Assembly (NCBI RefSeq): GCF_009914755.1
Contig: NC_060927.1
DNA length: 64,000 nucleotides
Source of the DNA: the human T2T-CHM13v2.0 reference genome, Homo sapiens
Direction: 5' to 3' (one strand)
The position numbers and the translations under genes are program-made. How positions within the stretch are numbered: position 1 is the stretch's first letter; each line of letters begins with the position of its first letter. Positions 41,101 to 55,000 of this stretch are shown here, piece after piece. A model generated the notes under the pieces. The model was not told the origin of the DNA. It saw only the letters and a program-made list of their open reading frames with translations, and searched no databases.

Positions 41101-44100
41101 AGAAATCCCGTTTCCAACGAAGGCCTCAAAGAGTTCCAAATATCCACTTGCACACTGCACAAACTAAGTCTTTCCAAACTGCTCTATGCAAAGAAATGTT
41201 CAACTCTGTGAGTTTAATACACACATCACAAAGCAGTTTCTGAGAATGATACTGTCTAGTTTTTATACGAAGATATTTCCTTTTGTACCATTGGCCTCAT
41301 ACTGCTAGAATTTTCCACTTGCAAATTCCACAAAAAGAGAGTTTCCAATCCGCTCTGTCTAAAGGAAGGTTCAACTCTCTGATTTGAATACATACATCCT
41401 AAAAGAAGTTACTGAGAATTCTTCTGTCTAGCATTATGTGAAGAAATCCCGTTTCCAACGAATGCCTCAAAGAGGTCCAAATATCCAGTTGCAGAATTTA
41501 CAAACTGACTGTTTCCAAACTCATCTATGAAAAGAAAGGTTAAACTCTGGGAGTTGAATGCACATATCACAAAGTAGTTCCTGAGAATGATTCTGTCTAG
41601 TTTTTATACGAAGATATTTCCTTTTCCACCAATGGCCTCAAAGTGCTTGAAATCTCCCCTTGCAAATTCCACAGACAAGTGTTTCAAATCTGCACTGTCT
41701 AAAGGAAGGTTCAACCCTGTGAGTTGAATACACACACACAGAAAAAAATTCACTGAGAATTCTATTGTCTATCATTACACGAAGAAATCCCGTTTACTAC
41801 GAAGGCCTCAAAGAGGTCCAAATATCCAGCTGCAGACATTACAAACTGAGTGTTTCCAAAGTGCTCTATGAAAAGAAGTGTTAAACACTGTGAGTTCAAT
41901 GCACACATCCCAAAGCAGTTTCTGAGAATGATTCCGTCTATTTTTTCTACGAAGATATTTCCTTTTCTGCCGTTGGCCTCAAAGCGCTTGAAATCTCCAC
42001 TTGCAAATTCCACAAAAAGAGAGTTTCAAATCTGCTCTGTCTAAAGGAAGGTTCAACTCTGTGAGTTGAATACACACCACAAAAAGAAGTTACTGAGAAT
42101 TCTTCTGTCTAGCATTATATGAAAAATCCCGTTTCCAACGAAGGCCACAAAGAGGTCCAAATATCCACTTGCAGATTCTGCAAGAAGAGTGTTTCCAAAC
42201 TGCTCTATGAAAAGAAACGTTAAACTCTGTGAGTTGAACGCAAACATCACAAAGTAGTTTCTGAGAATGACTCCGTCTAGTTTTTATACGAAGATATTTC
42301 CTTTCCTACCATTCACTTCAAAGCGCTTGAAGTCTCCCCCTGAAAATTCCACAAAAAGTGTTTCCAATCTGCTCCGCCTAAAGGAAGCTTCAACTCTGTG
42401 ACTTGAATACCCACAACCCAAAGAAGTTACTGAGAATTCTTCTGTCTAGCATTATATGAAGAAATCCCGTTTCCAACGAAGGCCTCAAATACATCCAAAT
42501 ATCCAGTTGCTGACTTTACAAACTGAGTGTTTCCAAACTGCTCTATGAAAAGAAAGGTTAAACACTGTGAGTTGAACACACACGTACCAAAGTAGTTTCT
42601 GAGAATGATTCTGTCTAGTTTGCATACGAAGATATTTCCTTTTCTACCATTGGCCTCAAAGCTCTGAAATCTCCACTTGCAAATTCCACAAAAAGAGAGT
42701 TTCAAATCTGCTGTTTCTAAAGGAAAGTTCAACTCTGAGAGTTGAATACACACCAGAAAAAGCAGTTACTGAGAAGTCTTCTGTCTAGCATTATATGAAG
42801 AAATCCCATTTCCAACGAAGACTTCAAAGAGGTCCAAATATCCACTTGCAGATTCTGCAAAAAGAGTGTTTCGAAACAACTGTATGAAAAGAAAGGTTAA
42901 ACACTGTGAGTTGAACGCACACATTGCAAAGCAGTTTCTGAGAATGATTCCGTCTAATTATTATACGAAGGTATTTCCTTTTCTATCATTGGCCTCAAAG
43001 CGCTTGATACCTCCACCTGAAAATTCCACAAAAAGAGTGTTTCCAATCTACTCTGTCTAAAGGAACGTTCAACTCTGTGAGTTGAATACACACACACAGA
43101 AAGAATTCACTGAGAATTCTTCTGTCTGGCATTACGTGAAGAAATCCCGTTTCCAACGAAGGCCTCAAAGAGGTCCAAATATCCACTTGCAGATTCTGCA
43201 AAAAGAGTGTTTCAAAACCGCTCCATTAAAAGGAATGTTGAACTCTGTGAGTTGAATGCAAACATCACAACTCAGTTGCTGAGAATGCTTCTGACTAGAT
43301 TTTATGGTAAGATATTTCCTTTTCTACCGTAGGCTTCAATGCCCTCTAAATACACCCTTGCAAATTCTACAAAGAGACTGTTTCATAACTGCTCTATAGG
43401 AAGAAAGGTTCAACTCTGTGAGTTGAATGCAGAGATCACAACGTGGTTTCTGCGAATGATTCTTTGTAGTTTTTACATGAAGATATTTCGTTGTCAACCG
43501 TAGGCTTCAAAGCACTCAAAGTATTCACTTGGAACTTTTACAAAAAGAGTGTTAGAAAACTGCTCTTTCCAAAGTAAGGTTCAACTCTGTGAGTTGAATG
43601 CACACATAACAATCAAGAAGTTTCTGAGAATTCTTCTGTCCTGGTTTATATGAAGAAATCCCGTTTCCTACGAAGGCCTCAAAGACGTTTAAATATCCAC
43701 TTGCAGACTTCACAAACAGAGGGTTTCCAAACTGCTCTATGAAAAGAAAGGTTAAACTCTGTGAGTTGAACGCACACATCACAAAGTAGCTTCTGAGAAT
43801 GATACTGTCTAGTTTTTATACGAAGATATTTCCTTTCTACCATTGGCGTCAAAGCGCTAGAATTCTCCACTTGCAAATTCCACAAAAAGAGTGTTTCCAA
43901 TCTGCTCTGTCTAAAGGAAGGTTCAACTCTGTGAGTTGAATACACACACACAAAGAAGCTACTGAGAATTCTTTTGTCAAGAATTACAAGAAGAAATCCC
44001 GTTTCCAACGAAGGCCTCAAAGAGTTCCAAATATCCACTTGCACACTGCACAAACTAAGTCTTTCCAAACTGCTCTATGCAAAGAAATGTTCAACTCTGT

Positions 44101-47100
44101 GAGTTTAATACGCACATCACAAAGCAGTTTCTGAGAATGATACTGTCTAGTTTTTATACGAAGATATTTCCTTTTGTACCATTGGCCTCATACTGCTAGA
44201 ATTTTCCACTTGCAAATTCCACAAAAAGAGAGTTTCCAATCCGCTCTGTCTAAAGGAAGGTTCAACTCTCTGATTTGAATACATACATCCTAAAAGAAGT
44301 TACTGAGAATTCTTCTGTCTAGCATTATGTGAAGAAATCCCGTTTCCAACGAATGCCTCAAAGAGGTCCAAATATCCAGTTGCAGAATTTACAAACTGAC
44401 TGTTTCCAAACTCATCTATGAAAAGAAAGGTTAAACTCTGGGAGTTGAATGCACATATCACAAAGTAGTTCCTGAGAATGATTCTGTCTAGTTTTTATAC
44501 GAAGATATTTCCTTTTCCACCAATGGCCTCAAAGTGCTTGAAATCTCCCCTTGCAAATTCCACAGACAAGTGTTTCAAATCTGCACTGTCTAAAGGAAGG
44601 TTCAACCCTGTGAGTTGAATACACACACACAGAAAAAAATTCACTGAGAATTCTATTGTCTATCATTACACGAAGAAATCCCGTTTACTACGAAGGCCTC
44701 AAAGAGGTCCAAATATCCAGCTGCAGACATTACAAACTGAGTGTTTCCAAAGTGCTCTATGAAAAGAAGTGTTAAACACTGTGAGTTCAATGCACACATC
44801 CCAAAGCAGTTTCTGAGAATGATTCCGTCTATTTTTTCTACGAAGATATTTCCTTTTCTGCCGTTGGCCTCAAAGCGCTTGAAATCTCCACTTGCAAATT
44901 CCACAAAAAGAGAGTTTCAAATCTGCTCTGTCTAAAGGAAGGTTCAACTCTGTGAGTTGAATACACACCACAAAAAGAAGTTACTGAGAATTCTTCTGTC
45001 TAGCATTATATGAAAAATCCCGTTTCCAACGAAGGCCACAAAGAGGTCCAAATATCCACTTGCAGATTCTGCAAGAAGAGTGTTTCCAAACTGCTCTATG
45101 AAAAGAAACGTTAAACTCTGTGAGTTGAACGCAAACATCACAAAGTAGTTTCTGAGAATGACTCCGTCTAGTTTTTATACGAAGATATTTCCTTTCCTAC
45201 CATTCACTTCAAAGCGCTTGAAGTCTCCCCCTGAAAATTCCACAAAAAGTGTTTCCAATCTGCTCCGCCTAAAGGAAGCTTCAACTCTGTGACTTGAATA
45301 CCCACAACCCAAAGAAGTTACTGAGAATTCTTCTGTCTAGCATTATATGAAGAAATCCCGTTTCCAACGAAGGCCTCAAATACATCCAAATATCCAGTTG
45401 CTGACTTTACAAACTGAGTGTTTCCAAACTGCTCTATGAAAAGAAAGGTTAAACACTGTGAGTTGAACACACACGTACCAAAGTAGTTTCTGAGAATGAT
45501 TCTGTCTAGTTTGCATACGAAGATATTTCCTTTTCTACCATTGGCCTCAAAGCTCTGAAATCTCCACTTGCAAATTCCACAAAAAGAGAGTTTCAAATCT
45601 GCTGTTTCTAAAGGAAAGTTCAACTCTGAGAGTTGAATACACACCAGAAAAAGCAGTTACTGAGAAGTCTTCTGTCTAGCATTATATGAAGAAATCCCAT
45701 TTCCAACGAAGACTTCAAAGAGGTCCAAATATCCACTTGCAGATTCTGCAAAAAGAGTGTTTCGAAACAACTGTATGAAAAGAAAGGTTAAACACTGTGA
45801 GTTGAACGCACACATTGCAAAGCAGTTTCTGAGAATGATTCCGTCTAATTATTATACGAAGGTATTTCCTTTTCTATCATTGGCCTCAAAGCGCTTGATA
45901 CCTCCACCTGAAAATTCCACAAAAAGAGTGTTTCCAATCTACTCTGTCTAAAGGAACGTTCAACTCTGTGAGTTGAATACACACACACAGAAAGAATTCA
46001 CTGAGAATTCTTCTGTCTGGCATTACGTGAAGAAATCCCGTTTCCAACGAAGGCCTCAAAGAGGTCCAAATATCCACTTGCAGATTCTGCAAAAAGAGTG
46101 TTTCAAAACCGCTCCATTAAAAGGAATGTTGAACTCTGTGAGTTGAATGCAAACATCACAACTCAGTTTCTGAGAATGCTTCTGACTAGATTTTATGGTA
46201 AGATATTTCCTTTTCTACCGTAGGCTTCAATGCCCTCTAAATACACCCTTGCAAATTCTACAAAGAGACTGTTTCATAACTGCTCTATAGGAAGAAAGGT
46301 TCAACTCTGTGAGTTGAATGCAGAGATCACAACGTGGTTTCTGCGAATGATTCTTTGTAGTTTTTACATGAAGATATTTCGTTGTCAACCGTAGGCTTCA
46401 AAGCACTCAAAGTATTCACTTGGAACTTTTACAAAAAGAGTGTTAGAAAACTGCTCTTTCCAAAGTAAGGTTCAACTCTGTGAGTTGAATGCACACATAA
46501 CAATCAAGAAGTTTCTGAGAATTCTTCTGTCCTGGTTTATATGAAGAAATCCCGTTTCCTACGAAGGCCTCAAAGACGTTTAAATATCCACTTGCAGACT
46601 TCACAAACAGAGGGTTTCCAAACTGCTCTATGAAAAGAAAGGTTAAACTCTGTGAGTTGAACGCACACATCACAAAGTAGCTTCTGAGAATGATACTGTC
46701 TAGTTTTTATACGAAGATATTTCCTTTCTACCATTGGCGTCAAAGCGCTAGAATTCTCCACTTGCAAATTCCACAAAAAGAGTGTTTCCAATCTGCTCTG
46801 TCTAAAGGAAGGTTCAACTCTGTGAGTTGAATACACACACACAAAGAAGCTACTGAGAATTCTTTTGTCAAGAATTACAAGAAGAAATCCCGTTTCCAAC
46901 GAAGGCCTCAAAGAGTTCCAAATATCCACTTGCACACTGCACAAACTAAGTCTTTCCAAACTGCTCTATGCAAAGAAATGTTCAACTCTGTGAGTTTAAT
47001 ACGCACATCACAAAGCAGTTTCTGAGAATGATACTGTCTAGTTTTTATACGAAGATATTTCCTTTTGTACCATTGGCCTCATACTGCTAGAATTTTCCAC

Positions 47101-50100
47101 TTGCAAATTCCACAAAAAGAGTGTTTCCAATCCGCTCTGTCTAAAGGAAGGTTCAACACTCTGATTTGAATACATACATCCCAAAAGAAGTTACTGAGAA
47201 TTCTTCTGTCTAGCATTATGTGAAGAAATCCCGTTTCCAACGAAAGCCTCAAAGAGGTCCAAATATCCAGTTGCAGAATTTACAAACTGACTGTTTCCAA
47301 ACTCATCTATGAAAAGAAAGGTTAAACTCTGTGAGTTGAATGCACATATCACAAAGTAGTTCCTGAGAATGATTCTGTCTAGTTTTCATACGAAGATATT
47401 TCCTTTTCCACCAATGGCCTCAAAGTGCTTGAAATCTCCCCTTGCAAATTCCACAGACAAGTGTTTCAAATCTGCACTGTCTAAAGGAAGGTTCAACCCT
47501 GTGAGTTGAATACACACACACAGAAAAAAATTCACTGAGAATTCTATTGTCTATCATTACACGAAGAAATCCCGTTTACTACGAAGGCCTCAAAGAGGTC
47601 CAAATATCCAGCTGCAGACATTACAAACTGAGTGTTTCCAAAGTGCTCTATGAAAAGAAGTGTTAAACACTGTGAGTTCAATGCACACATCCCAAAGCAG
47701 TTTCTGAGAATGATTCCGTCTATTTTTTCTACGAAGATATTTCCTTTTCTGCCGTTGGCCTCAAAGCGCTTGAAATCTCCACTTGCAAATTCCACAAAAA
47801 GAGAGTTTCAAATCTGCTCTGTCTAAAGGAAGGTTCAACTCTGTGAGTTGAATACACACCACAAAAAGAAGTTACTGAGAATTCTTCTGTCTAGCATTAT
47901 ATGAAAAATCCCGTTTCCAACGAAGGCCACAAAGAGGTCCAAATATCCACTTGCAGATTCTGCAAAAAGAGTGTTTCCAAACTGCTCTATGAAAAGAAAC
48001 GTTAAACTCTGTGAGTTGAACGCAAACATCACAAAGTAGTTTCTGAGAATGACTCCGTCTAGTTTTTATACGAAGATATTTCCTTTCCTACCATTCACTT
48101 CAAAGCGCTTGAAGTCTCCCCCTGAAAATTCCACAAAAAGTGTTTCCAATCTGCTCCGCCTAAAGGAAGCTTCAACTCTGTGACTTGAATACCCACAACC
48201 CAAAGAAGTTACTGAGAATTCTTCTGTCTAGCATTATATGAAGAAATCCCGTTTCCAACGAAGGCCTCAAATACATCCAAATATCCAGTTGCTGACTTTA
48301 CAAACTGAGTGTTTCCAAACTGCTCTATGAAAAGAAAGGTTAAACACTGTGAGTTGAACACACACGTACCAAAGTAGTTTCTGAGAATGATTCTGTCTAG
48401 TTTGCATACGAAGATATTTCCTTTTCTACCATTGGCCTCAAAGCTCTGAAATCTCCACTTGCAAATTCCACAAAAAGAGAGTTTCAAATCTGCTGTTTCT
48501 AAAGGAAAGTTCAACTCTGAGAGTTGAATACACACCAGAAAAAGCAGTTACTGAGAAGTCTTCTGTCTAGCATTATATGAAGAAATCCCATTTCCAACGA
48601 AGACTTCAAAGAGGTCCAAATATCCACTTGCAGATTCTGCAAAAAGAGTGTTTCGAAACAACTGTATGAAAAGAAAGGTTAAACACTGTGAGTTGAACGC
48701 ACACATTGCAAAGCAGTTTCTGAGAATGATTCCGTCTAATTATTATACGAAGGTATTTCCTTTTCTATCATTGGCCTCAAAGCGCTTGATACCTCCACCT
48801 GAAAATTCCACAAAAAGAGTGTTTCCAATCTACTCTGTCTAAAGGAACGTTCAACTCTGTGAGTTGAATACACACACACAGAAAGAATTCACTGAGAATT
48901 CTTCTGTCTGGCATTACGTGAAGAAATCCCGTTTCCAACGAAGGCCTCAAAGAGGTCCAAATATCCACTTGCAGATTCTGCAAAAAGAGTGTTTCAAAAC
49001 CGCTCCATTAAAAGGAATGTTGAACTCTGTGAGTTGAATGCAAACATCACAACTCAGTTGCTGAGAATGCTTCTGACTAGATTTTATGGTAAGATATTTC
49101 CTTTTCTACCGTAGGCTTCAATGCCCTCTAAATACACCCTTGCAAATTCTACAAAGAGACTGTTTCATAACTGCTCTATAGGAAGAAAGGTTCAACTCTG
49201 TGAGTTGAATGCAGAGATCACAACGTGGTTTCTGCGAATGATTCTTTGTAGTTTTTACATGAAGATATTTCGTTGTCAACCGTAGGCTTCAAAGCACTCA
49301 AAGTATTCACTTGGAACTTTTACAAAAAGAGTGTTAGAAAACTGCTCTTTCCAAAGTAAGGTTCAACTCTGTGAGTTGAATGCACACATAACAATCAAGA
49401 AGTTTCTGAGAATTCTTCTGTCCTGGTTTATATGAAGAAATCCCGTTTCCGACGAAGGCCTCAAAGACGTTTAAATATCCACTTGCAGACTTCACAAACA
49501 GAGGGTTTCCAAACTGCTCTATGAAAAGAAAGGTTAAACTCTGTGAGTTGAACGCACACATCACAAAGTAGCTTCTGAGAATGATACTGTCTAGTTTTTA
49601 TACGAAGATATTTCCTTTCTACCATTGGCGTCAAAGCGCTAGAATTCTCCACTTGCAAATTCCACAAAAAGAGTGTTTCCAATCTGCTCTGTCTAAAGGA
49701 AGGTTCAACTCTGTGAGTTGAATACACACACACAAAGAAGCTACTGAGAATTCTTTTGTCAAGAATTACAAGAAGAAATCCCGTTTCCAACGAAGGCCTC
49801 AAAGAGTTCCAAATATCCACTTGCACACTGCACAAACTAAGTCTTTCCAAACTGCTCTATGCAAAGAAATGTTCAACTCTGTGAGTTTAATACGCACATC
49901 ACAAAGCAGTTTCTGAGAATGATACTGTCTAGTTTTTATACGAAGATATTTCCTTTTGTACCATTGGCCTCATACTGCTAGAATTTTCCACTTGCAAATT
50001 CCACAAAAAGAGTGTTTCCAATCCGCTCTGTCTAAAGGAAGGTTCAACACTCTGATTTGAATACATACATCCCAAAAGAAGTTACTGAGAATTCTTCTGT

Positions 50101-52038
50101 CTAGCATTATGTGAAGAAATCCCGTTTCCAACGAAAGCCTCAAAGAGGTCCAAATATCCAGTTGCAGAATTTACAAACTGACTGTTTCCAAACTCATCTA
50201 TGAAAAGAAAGGTTAAACTCTGTGAGTTGAATGCACATATCACAAAGTAGTTCCTGAGAATGATTCTGTCTAGTTTTCATACGAAGATATTTCCTTTTCC
50301 ACCAATGGCCTCAAAGTGCTTGAAATCTCCCCTTGCAAATTCCACAGACAAGTGTTTCAAATCTGCACTGTCTAAAGGAAGGTTCAACCCTGTGAGTTGA
50401 ATACACACACACAGAAAAAAATTCACTGAGAATTCTATTGTCTATCATTACACGAAGAAATCCCGTTTACTACGAAGGCCTCAAAGAGGTCCAAATATCC
50501 AGCTGCAGACATTACAAACTGAGTGTTTCCAAAGTGCTCTATGAAAAGAAGTGTTAAACACTGTGAGTTCAATGCACACATCCCAAAGCAGTTTCTGAGA
50601 ATGATTCCGTCTATTTTTTCTACGAAGATATTTCCTTTTCTGCCGTTGGCCTCAAAGCGCTTGAAATCTCCACTTGCAAATTCCACAAAAAGAGAGTTTC
50701 AAATCTGCTCTGTCTAAAGGAAGGTTCAACTCTGTGAGTTGAATACACACCACAAAAAGAAGTTACTGAGAATTCTTCTGTCTAGCATTATATGAAAAAT
50801 CCCGTTTCCAACGAAGGCCACAAAGAGGTCCAAATATCCACTTGCAGATTCTGCAAAAAGAGTGTTTCCAAACTGCTCTATGAAAAGAAACGTTAAACTC
50901 TGTGAGTTGAACGCAAACATCACAAAGTAGTTTCTGAGAATGACTCCGTCTAGTTTTTATACGAAGATATTTCCTTTCCTACCATTCACTTCAAAGCGCT
51001 TGAAGTCTCCCCCTGAAAATTCCACAAAAAGTGTTTCCAATCTGCTCCGCCTAAAGGAAGCTTCAACTCTGTGACTTGAATACCCACAACCCAAAGAAGT
51101 TACTGAGAATTCTTCTGTCTAGCATTATATGAAGAAATCCCGTTTCCAACGAAGGCCTCAAATACATCCAAATATCCAGTTGCTGACTTTACAAACTGAG
51201 TGTTTCCAAACTGCTCTATGAAAAGAAAGGTTAAACACTGTGAGTTGAACACACACGTACCAAAGTAGTTTCTGAGAATGATTCTGTCTAGTTTGCATAC
51301 GAAGATATTTCCTTTTCTACCATTGGCCTCAAAGCTCTGAAATCTCCACTTGCAAATTCCACAAAAAGAGAGTTTCAAATCTGCTGTTTCTAAAGGAAAG
51401 TTCAACTCTGAGAGTTGAATACACACCAGAAAAAGCAGTTACTGAGAAGTCTTCTGTCTAGCATTATATGAAGAAATCCCATTTCCAACGAAGACTTCAA
51501 AGAGGTCCAAATATCCACTTGCAGATTCTGCAAAAAGAGTGTTTCGAAACAACTGTATGAAAAGAAAGGTTAAACACTGTGAGTTGAACGCACACATTGC
51601 AAAGCAGTTTCTGAGAATGATTCCGTCTAATTATTATACGAAGGTATTTCCTTTTCTATCATTGGCCTCAAAGCGCTTGATACCTCCACCTGAAAATTCC
51701 ACAAAAAGAGTGTTTCCAATCTACTCTGTCTAAAGGAACGTTCAACTCTGTGAGTTGAATACACACACACAGAAAGAATTCACTGAGAATTCTTCTGTCT
51801 GGCATTACATGAAGAAATCCCGTTTCCAACGAAGGCCTCAAAGAGGTCCAAATATCCACTTGCAGATTCTGCAAAAAGAGTGTTTCAAAACCGCTCCATT
51901 AAAAGGAATGTTGAACTCTGTGAGTTGAATGCAAACATCACAACTCAGTTGCTGAGAATGCTTCTGACTAGATTTTATGGTAAGATATTTCCTTTTCTAC
52001 CGTAGGCTTCAATGCCCTCTAAATACACCCTTGCAAAT

Positions 52039-55000
52039 TCTACAAAGAGACTGTTTCATAACTGCTCTATAGGAAGAAAGGTTCAACTCTGTGAGTTGAA
52101 TGCAGAGATCACAACGTGGTTTCTGCGAATGATTCTTTGTAGTTTTTACATGAAGATATTTCGTTGTCAACCGTAGGCTTCAAAGCACTCAAAGTATTCA
52201 CTTGGAACTTTTACAAAAAGAGTGTTAGAAAACTGCTCTTTCCAAAGTAAGGTTCAACTCTGTGAGTTGAATGCACACATAACAATCAAGAAGTTTCTGA
52301 GAATTCTTCTGTCCTGGTTTATATGAAGAAATCCCGTTTCCGACGAAGGCCTCAAAGACGTTTAAATATCCACTTGCAGACTTCACAAACAGAGGGTTTC
52401 CAAACTGCTCTATGAAAAGAAAGGTTAAACTCTGTGAGTTGAACGCACACATCACAAAGTAGCTTCTGAGAATGATACTGTCTAGTTTTTATACGAAGAT
52501 ATTTCCTTTCTACCATTGGCGTCAAAGCGCTAGAATTCTCCACTTGCAAATTCCACAAAAAGAGTGTTTCCAATCTGCTCTGTCTAAAGGAAGGTTCAAC
52601 TCTGTGAGTTGAATACACACACACAAAGAAGCTACTGAGAATTCTTTTGTCAAGAATTATAAGAAGAAATCCCGTTTCCAACGAAGGCCTCAAAGAGTTC
52701 CAAATATCCACTTGCACACTGCACAAACTAAGTCTTTCCAAACTGCTCTATGCAAAGAAATGTTCAACTCTGTGAGTTTAATACACACATCACAAAGCAG
52801 TTTCTGAGAATGATACTGTCTAGTTTTTATACGAAGATATTTCCTTTTGTACCATTGGCCTCATACTGCTAGAATTTTCCACTTGCAAATTCCACAAAAA
52901 GAGTGTTTCCAATCCGCTCTGTCTAAAGGAAGGTTCAACTCTCTGATTTGAATACATACATCCCAAAAGAAGTTACTGAGAATTCTTCTGTCTAGCATTA
53001 TGTGAAGAAATCCCATTTCCAACGAAAGCCTCAAAGAGGTCCAAATATCCAGTTGCAGAATTTACAAACTGACTGTTTCCAAACTCATCTATGAAAAGGA
53101 AGGTTAAACTCTGTGAGTTGAATGCACATATCACAAAGTAGTTCCTGAGAATGATTCTGTCTAGTTTTTATACGAAGATATTTCCTTTTCCACCAATGGC
53201 CTCAAAGTGCTTGAAATCTCCCCTTGCAAATTCCACAGACAAGTGTTTCAAATCTGCACTGTCTAAAGGAAGGTTCAACCCTGTGAGTTGAATACACACA
53301 CACAGAAAAAAATTCACTGAGAATTCTATTGTCTATCATTACACGAAGAAATCCCGTTTACTACGAAGGCCTCAAAGAGGTCCAAATATCCAGCTGCAGA
53401 CATTACAAACTGAGTGTTTCCAAAGTGCTCTATGAAAAGAAGTGTTAAACACTGTGAGTTCAATGCACACATCCCAAAGCAGTTTCTGAGAATGATTCCG
53501 TCTATTTTTTCTACGAAGATATTTCCTTTTCTGCCGTTGGCCTCAAAGCGCTTGAAATCTCCACTTGCAAATTCCACAAAAAGAGAGTTTCAAATCTGCT
53601 CTGTCTAAAGGAAGGTTCAACTCTGTGAGTTGAATACACACCACAAAAAGAAGTTACTGAGAATTCTTCTGTCTAGCATTATATGAAAAATCCCGTTTCC
53701 AACGAAGGCCACAAAGAGGTCCAAATATCCACTTGCAGATTCTGCAAAAAGAGTGTTTCCAAACTGCTCTATGAAAAGAAACGTTAAACTCTGTGAGTTG
53801 AACGCAAACATCACAAAGTAGTTTCTGAGAATGACTCCGTCTAGTTTTTATACGAAGATATTTCCTTTCCTACCATTCACTTCAAAGCGCTTGAAGTCTC
53901 CCCCTGAAAATTCCACAAAAAGTGTTTCCAATCTGCTCCGCCTAAAGGAAGCTTCAACTCTGTGACTTGAATACCCACAACCCAAAGAAGTTACTGAGAA
54001 TTCTTCTGTCTAGCATTATATGAAGAAATCCCGTTTCCAACGAAGGCCTCAAATACATCCAAATATCCAGTTGCTGACTTTACAAACTGAGTGTTTCCAA
54101 ACTGCTCTATGAAAAGAAAGGTTACACACTGTGAGTTGAACACACACGTACCAAAGTAGTTTCTGAGAATGATTCTGTCTAGTTTGCATACGAAGATATT
54201 TCCTTTTCTACCATTGGCCTCAAAGCTCTGAAATCTCCACTTGCAAATTCCACAAAAAGAGAGTTTCAAATCTGCTGTTTCTAAAGGAAAGTTCAACTCT
54301 GAGAGTTGAATACACACCAGAAAAAGCAGTTACTGAGAAGTCTTCTGTCTAGCATTATATGAAGAAATCCCATTTCCAACGAAGACTTCAAAGAGGTCCA
54401 AATATCCACTTGCAGATTCTGCAAAAAGAGTGTTTCGAAACAACTGTATGAAAAGAAAGGTTAAACACTGTGAGTTGAACGCACACATTGCAAAGCAGTT
54501 TCTGAGAATGATTCCGTCTAATTATTATACGAAGGTATTTCCTTTTCTATCATTGGCCTCAAAGCGCTTGATACCTCCACCTGAAAATTCCACAAAAAGA
54601 GTGTTTCCAATCTACTCTGTCTAAAGGAACGTTCAACTCTGTGAGTTGAATACACACACACAGAAAGAATTCACTGAGAATTCTTCTGTCTGGCATTACA
54701 TGAAGAAATCCCGTTTCCAACGAAGGCCTCAAAGAGGTCCAAATATCCACTTGCAGATTCTGCAAAAAGAGTGTTTCAAAACCGCTCCATTAAAAGGAAT
54801 GTTGAACTCTGTGAGTTGAATGCAAACATCACAACTCAGTTGCTGAGAATGCTTCTGACTAGATTTTATGGTAAGATATTTCCTTTTCTACCGTAGGCTT
54901 CAATGCCCTCTAAATACACCCTTGCAAATTCTACAAAGAGACTGTTTCATAACTGCTCTATAGGAAGAAAGGTTCAACTCTGTGAGTTGAATGCAGAGAT

